This document shows, one piece after another, positions 56,237 through 64,000 of a stretch of 64,000 bases of DNA; position 1 is the stretch's first letter, and the number at the start of each line of letters is the position of its first letter. Source of the DNA: Octopus vulgaris (Eukaryota); NCBI GenBank assembly GCA_951406725.2, contig OX597832.1, positions 9,300,001 through 9,364,000 on the forward strand, in the 5' to 3' direction. Under the pieces are notes generated by a model, which had not been told where the DNA came from, searched no databases, and saw nothing but the letters and a program-made list of their open reading frames with translations. The position numbers and the translations under genes were made by a program.

Positions 56237-56381
56237 ATGTGTGTAATTGTGTGTGTATGTGTGTGTGCTTTAAAAATGTGTGAGAGAGATAGAGGGAGAG
56301 TGGAGACTGCGTGAACAGCAATCCTGCTAGATGTATCCGTAATCGTATACGATTTGATTCTATCATCGTTATCATGAGAAT

Positions 56382-56420
<39 letters not shown>

Positions 56421-56479
56421 CTTCTCTCTCTCTCTCTGCACATCCCCTAGAACAATCACACAAAGTATATATGGTTGTT

Positions 56480-58560
56480 CTTCATAGCATTCTATTTTTA
56501 TATAAAAGGTCTGTGTAGCAAAGGCAGTAATATTTTTGCATTAATTGACGATCAGCGTTCAGATTTCAAATTCGTGATGCGTATCTGTTCCGATAATGTA
56601 ATTTGTTCGTTGTTTTTCTCCTTGTATGCTGATGAAGGCTTTCTGAATTGTACTGTTTATATGTGTGTTTATTTAACTATATCTTACATCTGCCGCGTAC
56701 TAACAGCAAATCTTCAAAAGATCAATGTCGCCGAAACAGTGATAACATGCCGCCACGATTTTCACTCTCTTTCTTCACCACAAGAATGCAGTTTTATTTA
56801 CGAAGATTCCACCATCATGTATAAAAATAGCCGAGATGAATGGAAACGGTTCAAGCATGTGGAACAATAATGGAAGATAGGCCATGAAATGTATGAACAT
56901 TTACTTTGTCCAGTAACGCAAATCGCCAACACGATTAATTCGTGTAAGTATGTAGGAGCTTCACACTGCGTACACCGCAGTAACCTTGACAGTTTGCTCA
57001 CTTTTTGAATGAAAGAATTTCGGAAGCTCTGAAATACTGGGAGCTTTTGAAGCTAAATTAAATACATTATAATCCAATCAGTTAATATGTGGGTAAACCT
57101 GATGGTGGTCATATGATCCGAAGTCGAATGTTCAATTTAAATAATGGAATCACTTTATAAAACCTTAAGAGCCACCAATCTGTTAAAAAAGACACGATTG
57201 CTTTTGTGGGGATTGAGAAGAGCAAAAAGTGAAGGTGCGATATATAGTGAGGACCAGAATAATGCAGTCAACAACTTTGAAAACTCCTTAGGATAAAGAG
57301 CCAGGAAATAATCAACATTCACCAAAGCAATCCCTGAGGAGGCACATAATTGCTAATAGATGGGTCAAACGGGAAATTTGTTTAGTTAATGTTCTCTTTC
57401 AACCGTAAAGCCCGCCCTTTCAAGCTGTTACGTTCAACGAATGATAGTTTTCGACGACAAAATTTGTGATGACTATGATAAGGGGGAAGGGTCTGTGATA
57501 AATTGCTTACTACATTGAACATATGAATTTTGCCGAAGTGGTTTCGTGACTTCGGTTCAACAGTGTGAGAGATACGTTATTTGTGAACGAGACTTTAATA
57601 GTTAAATAGTAGATATTCTACCAATATATTCATATTATAATGTCAGTTAATTAAAGGATATGTGGGCATTTACATGGCTATCGGGGGTATGCCTTTAAGG
57701 AATAGTTTGAAATATATACAATATCCTGGTTTGAAAGAGACTTGAAATAATCTGAATGGTACGAACATTCAGAATGCATTCTTCTAAATCTCTATATAAG
57801 TGAATACGAGACAGGACCTAAAACTTACAGAATAACAGGTCTGCCATCTATAACATTTCTCATTCTGCCTATTGAAACAACAATATAGAATGTATTTTTG
57901 ATTTCAAGAACACGTTCATAGTCAGATTTATCATATCCTAGGCTATTGGAATAAAATTCCTTAAACATGTATCACGAATATGTCCCAGGCATGAAGCGAA
58001 AAGGACAGTAAAGGATATAAATTGCTAATTCGGTAGTTTTATACATCGGTAGCATTATCCTCGTTGGATGTATGCTTGGTTTCACCTATACATACTACCA
58101 TCCTAAAAACCTATTTCCATAAGGAAATAGGATTAGGGAATTATTGTCATAGGAATCTGATTTGCGGTAGAAATTACTTCAGAGAATATTTCTACGTGCT
58201 AAGTACACTTACAATGATCATGTTTTGTTTTTTTATTAGAAAGAAAGACAATATATGTATGTATATACGTATATATTTCTTCCGAAAAACATCATGTATA
58301 GGGGTCAAATAATTACGCATACACCTACGACAAAACACGTAGGTGCTGCAGTCAACAATTGTACAGACCCTTTCGTATACATATGCACTATTCACAAAAA
58401 TCTCATTTGGACCATTCTACTTTTCTGGATGAGTACGTTGAGCACCCTAAAAATCAAAACACCCACTGTATTTATTGATGGAACAAAAACAAATATATAA
58501 TCCTATACGTGGGAAAAAGAAAGCCAATTTGATTGTCCATCAGGGAATCAATAACAGTTT
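56480..58560 (+). pseudogene. Heavily decayed CR1-like LINE ORF2 (APE + RT)
   Basis: Ordered remnants: YIKGLCSK..IFALI (~NI.GL..K), VQ*RKSPTR, NLDSLLT, GPKTYRITGLPS (~DP.NYRPISLTS), YRGQII...KHVGA (~Y.L.G..I...KDLGV). Confidence 0.5.
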
Positions 58561-59083
58561 TACTGACAAACACAAAACTTCTAATTAAACGAAATGATGT
58601 GATTATCAATTGTAAGCACAATAACGAAACTATATAAATCGAGATATTTCTGGAAATGGCTTATATCCCTAAAATAGTATTCTCCATTCATTACGTTTTA
58701 AAATGTTTATTATAGGCGGTCATATTTTTCCATATACAAATAATTTCCCAAATAAACTTGTACTTCATTTTTTTATGTTCCAAAGAACTTATTTTGTGAT
58801 ACACAAGCACTCGAATACGCGTGCATTACACCTTATAGCAAATCAGCTGTAATCTAAACAAGATTGTTACATAATTGCTTGTTTCTTTGTCCATTATTCA
58901 ATTTCTTATTACGTTCTGTTCCTGACTTAAGATGTTAAGTGATGCATATGCATATTGAATTATTAATATCGGTGTGCCACAGGGAAATAACAATATATGC
59001 ACACAAGTGCACACAAACACAAAAACAGACACAGCAGGGCCACCCACATACACATACATACATATACACATATATAAATATAA

Positions 59084-59140
<57 letters not shown>

Positions 59141-59145
<5 letters not shown>

Positions 59146-59642
59146 AAATTCAAAATGCGATAAAATAAAATTAATTATTATCGCTGGTGTTTGTAGCACA
59201 GGCCATATATTATTCATATATAAGTACATTAAAGGCGAAGTATGTACTAAAAACACAGAAGCTTGATAAATTTAGTGAAATGAAAATAAAAACTTTTACT
59301 AACTCTGTTCATCTTAGACTGCAGTTTCACCTTTTTCATCAATAAAAATAATATTTATTTACTCAGGTAGGCTCTTCAGTAAGATTCCTGTTATTATGAA
59401 GCGCAACTCGATAGACACATGTGCGTCTACTAATTTGCTCTTTCTAACTAATCAGATCACTGCGCAGACGCAGAACGAACCCGACAAACTAGGGATTTCT
59501 GGTATATAGTCTAACGCTCAAAAGTTTTCGAGAAATATGTAAACAAATTCAAAATGCGATAAAATAAAATTAATTATTATCGCTGGTGTTTGTAGCACAG
59601 GCCATATATTATTCATATATAAGTACATTAAAGGCGAAGTAT

Positions 59643-59685
<43 letters not shown>

Positions 59686-59700
59686 GCGAAGTATGTACTA
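59141..59700 (-). mobile_element. 399-bp hammerhead-bearing unit plus ~109-bp terminal direct repeat, in (TA)n
   Basis: 59141-59249 is repeated at 59540-59648 (period 399); the last 20 nt recur at 59681-59700. Confidence 0.88.
59311..59385 (-). ncRNA. Type I hammerhead ribozyme, canonical core
   Basis: Minus strand: AUCUUA-CUGAAGA-GCCU..(44-nt stem II)..AGGU-GAAA-CUGCAG-UC-UAAGAU. Stem I is 6 bp, stem III is the palindrome ACUGCAGU, and the site is GUC. Confidence 0.9.
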
Positions 59701-59739
59701 TATATATATATATATATGTATGTATATATATATATAAAA

Positions 59740-59748
59740 GATATAGAT

Positions 59749-59839
<91 letters not shown>

Positions 59840-59862
59840 GATAGATAGATAGATATAGATAT
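59740..59862. repeat. (GATA)n microsatellite
   Basis: Directly visible. Confidence 0.95.
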
Positions 59863-60248
59863 ATAAGCGATATGCATATGCTTCGCTTCAGAGATCTAAG
59901 AAGATCAGAACTCGATCAATGCTTTCCCTACTCCGTTTGGTAAAAGATATCAACTGGAAATTGCTTTGGCTATAGATAAGGAATTATTCGAATTTCATTT
60001 GTCAATAACAGTCTAAACAACCTTGGTTGATTTTCGATTATAACTCTTCCTTGTGGTCGATTATGTTTGCAAATAGAAACAATAATCTTGTTCTGTCACG
60101 CATGTTTACGCACGTGCCTCCACATTTTGAAGTTCTATGGGGCCAAATAGAAGTTTCAAATTTTCATTCACACACATATACACACGCTCATACACACGCA
60201 TACATACAAACACATACATATACACAAACACACACGCACGCACGCACA

Positions 60249-60342
<94 letters not shown>

Positions 60343-60347
<5 letters not shown>

Positions 60348-60790
60348 TTGCGGCCTAAATGTTCAGAACGGCATTGTTTTCGTCAGAAAAGTAGGTATAA
60401 GTTTTTATCAAAGTTGTGTAATTTGAGAGGATAATACAAAAGTTATGGATGGTTTAGTGATTTACTGCAAAACCCATGGCGGCCAAAATGATCAGAACGG
60501 TTGAAAAAATAACAAAATAATCAAAAATGACAGAGAATACTGGAATTATTTAATATTTAGTGTGAAGCCCTTTAGCTTCAATCACACTTTGACATCTTCG
60601 ACTGCATGAGGAAATTAAATTTTCAATTTCTTGCTGGGTGATCTTATTCCATTCTTCCTGAAGGGCATTCTTTCCACAATTGCTCGGTTGTTTTAGGATT
60701 TCTGGCTTTCGAACGTTCTCCTAGAATATTCCACACATTTTCAATAGGATTGAGATCTGGGCTTTGAGCAGGCCAATCCATAACAATAAC
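60343..60790 (-). mobile_element. 3' end of a Tc1-family transposon (IR/DR type)
   Basis: 60790-60550 reads VMDWPAQSPDLNPIENVWNILGERSKARNPKTTEQLW/NALQEEWNKITQQEIENLISSCSRRCQSVIEAKGLHTKY*. The direct repeat gcggcc.aaatg.tcagaacgg occurs at about 60350 and 60479. Confidence 0.92.
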
Positions 60791-61689
60791 AAGGAGATAA
60801 AATAAAGATTATGTAGGGGCTAGCGATCTATATATATATATATTGAATAAGTAACCATGATGTCAAGATATTAATGCAATACGGCCATTTAATCAGACAA
60901 TGCATGTATTACATCAAATGCAAAAAAATAGATTTCCCAGTGACAAGATATCCTAATATAATTTTTTGCAAATATTTTATCAGAGCTAGAGAATGAAATA
61001 ATCCCATGCTGCCACAATTGTAGCAGAAATAAACTAAGAGAAAAACAACTACAATATTGCAATGGAAGAAACGGATCACAGTGGTGGTCATGCGATTGTA
61101 ATTCACTTCTAATTTTTATCTATCTCCTTATCACAATCAAAAGGTCTAATGCAGCTAGTATGCTGAGTGTTTGAGAATTAAGAGCACTACGAGTTGACAG
61201 TTCAGAACTTGCTGCTGGTCATAAATAAGCATTATCAAATGTTCCATCAAACCTTAATATCTTATGGCTATAAATTCCCCTTACGACATACAGACACAAA
61301 TCTTAGAAGAAGTCAATAAGATAGTGGTAAATGCCCCCGAAAAGAGGTAGGGGTGACATAAATCATTTTCATTATTTTCAGTTAAAGAGGCCTACACTGA
61401 TAAGGCAGAAAGACTCAAAATTGAAGGAAAGAACAGTGTAATCACCGTATAGGATGAAATCAGACTAGACTGGCAGGGGTTACCAGAGGACAATATTACA
61501 TATAACACATTATATAACACCATACATAATATATAATATATATATATATATATAGTATACTATAGTATACACTAGAGGGTAAGTTATAAAAGATACGACG
61601 TTCAAAGCTAATTTCCACCATCAAATTCAGAGTATGATGCTTATAATATTATTTATTTCGAAAATATTTAAATGTGCGGTTGATGCTAT

Positions 61690-62097
61690 GCATGCATGGT
61701 ATCCTAAAGTGTAATCTATTATTAATTAGGTTGTTCTTGACTCTCTATTTAAAACACTCATAAATTTCCATAGAAAAAAGCTAATAACCATATCTACTAT
61801 CTCTATATAGCTGCGTCTTCCGTACTATATCCCATTTAAGGCTAAATCTTCTCTTGCCTTCTTTACGTTCCCAGATACTACTAGGTAAAGAAGTACTATT
61901 AGCTTTATATCTAAGCCTACACAATGGAAGATGGTTGTTAACACGCTTTTTTTCATATTTATTGAACACCCTATATAGATAGAACTACCAGTTCCAGTTA
62001 AAAATGGTGCATTTGTAAACTACATTTTGAGCTAAACAGCAACCTACTAACGGACAATATGACTTTACTCTGCAATTGCAACCGGGAGTATTACTGC

Positions 62098-62139
<42 letters not shown>

Positions 62140-62680
62140 TACTGTTGCTGCTGCTGCTGCTACTACTACTACTGCTACTACTACTACTACTACTATCATT
62201 ATTATAAACAATCTTATTATTACTACTACACTTATTATCAGCATTATTATTATTAATATTAGTACTAATTCCATCAATTATAGTATCACTTAAATTTATT
62301 GCACTACCAACAGGTACTGTGTAAGTAATACCTTGCTTAGCATAAACATCAGTGTCACAATTTATGTTATGCATATTCGATTTATTAGATCTGTAGTTCT
62401 GGATTCTTAGATATCCACTATTATTACCATCAATACAGGGGTTTAAATCATTATGAACAATATTAGGATAATTATTAATTCCTCGTGCTTTCGTGAGATT
62501 CTGATCGTCGTACGGGAAAATATTATATTATACCAATGGGATGCTGGGAATCTTTTATCTGAAATTGCCATAAGTTTATTATGTATTTTGGTAGATATAG
62601 CATAGTTAAAAGGAACATTATACCTGACTATATTACTCTTTCCAGACGTCTTATGTTTGCGAAGGTCAATTCTATCTACT
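61690..62680 (-). pseudogene. Penelope-like element ORF 3' part (linker + GIY-YIG endonuclease)
   Basis: KSNIVRYNVPFNYAISTKIHNKLMAISDKRFPASHWYNIIFSRTTIRIS (~RNIIWFNPPFS..DKHFP..H...IFNRNT.K.S), then CNCRVKSYCPLVGCCLAQNVVYKCTI, IYIGCS, KRVNNH...NSTSLPSSIWERK...LKWDIV, LINNR...CMH. Contains stops and frameshifts. Confidence 0.9.
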
Positions 62681-64000
62681 CTTCTTTTGCGATGAACGAA
62701 CGACTGTTCAATCATCGCATCCTGTATACATAAAAATGCACATACACACAGACGTATATATAGACACACACACACAAGCACATTTATATGTATATACATA
62801 CACACACATATGTATATGTATATATGCATATATATACACACACACACATATATATATATATGCATGTGTATTTATATATGCACATACATATGGCGCAAAT
62901 TGACCCAAAGATAGAAATTTGTTGTTATCCTAGTGATACTAAATTTGCATTGTAGTCAGTCAAGCAATATAAATATAAATGTTATGACTATAAACTATTT
63001 TGCCCAAAGCTATTTTGCACTTACGAGAATGAGAGATGACTCAGAATAAGGAAATATTAAATATTCATCAATGAGCACCTCAAGCATACATTACAGGCAT
63101 CAAATGCGTAACTGTTATCTGCATCGTTTTGACTCCTGAGCAGCATTATTCAATCTGCCATAGTCAGTAGCTTTAAAATTGTAAACGGCGCCTTGGAATC
63201 CATAGACAATCAGCAGGACCTAACCATTTCAAATATTGGCCCTTAAGACGAAACGTTATTAATATCAATAACAAAATCCCATATTAACAAAATAGTGTTA
63301 ACATATAAGTACAAAGATAGAGATGATAAGATAAGTCACTATTGCAAGTAGAAATTGTTTCCAAAACGGATATTCGTGACCCCAAATCCATAGTACGAAA
63401 TAGAACTAGCGAAATATACGTATTGAAGAAAAACTGCAGACGTTCTGGTACATTACATTATGTATACAAGAGATCTACAACATCAAACATGAAGATTAAC
63501 TAACGAACATAGATTAATTGATATGCTGTTTTTCCTTCTATAATATATTCCAACGTCACACCACATTAGAATGTAACCTATATATATATATATAAACTAT
63601 TTTCCACAAAAGATGTGCAACGGAAAAAAAACAAAACAAACATAGATCAATATCTATTAAATATGTCTAATTATAGAAAATAAATTAACCGAGTGAATTG
63701 CTCATCAAAAATAAAACTAAAATTTCGAAAATAATTATTAAATGTATAAAATATAACGTAATATAAAAACCAGTAAAAATGTTAAATTGCAACAAATTAA
63801 TACCATAAATAAAACGATCTAACTGCAAGCACACTGAATAACTTATCAAAGAAACGTCACCAAATGTCTACTATATGGGAAGACACATGCACGTATACAC
63901 ATTCACACACATATACAGACGGATATGCGTGTGTATATATATATTTATGTATGTATATATATACATATATGCACTGCATTTACATATATATATATATATA

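Noticed and set aside
61590-61640. Hammerhead downstream of the Penelope ORF
   Set aside because: Only partial elements (CUGA...GAACGUC); the core is not intact.

Overview
AT-rich, microsatellite-saturated eukaryotic non-coding DNA. The SINE families and overall texture resemble octopus (cephalopod) genomic DNA; this is from recall and unverified. I recognise no intact host protein-coding gene, and nearly all listed ORFs are translated (TA)n/(CA)n/(AAT)n/(GAT)n tracts. The window is a patchwork of three SINE families, long-TIR and Tigger-like MITEs, and decayed Tc1, mariner, RTE, R4/Dong, CR1-like and Penelope-like (PLE, GIY-YIG) elements. The most notable signal is a set of non-coding elements inserted in (TA)n tracts that carry type I hammerhead ribozyme (HHR) motifs (stem I-CUGANGA-stem II-GAAA-palindromic stem III-UH-stem I), all on the minus strand. 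They comprise a near-perfect 3x481-bp tandem array with an inverted tail (8331-10085), 583-bp and 399-bp units with terminal direct repeats (43473-44170, 59141-59700), a related single copy (38083-38139) and two damaged copies. They look like PLE-mobilised retrozyme/pLTR elements, and a PLE ORF remnant lies at about 61690-62680. All folds and translations were done by eye, and boundaries of decayed elements are approximate.
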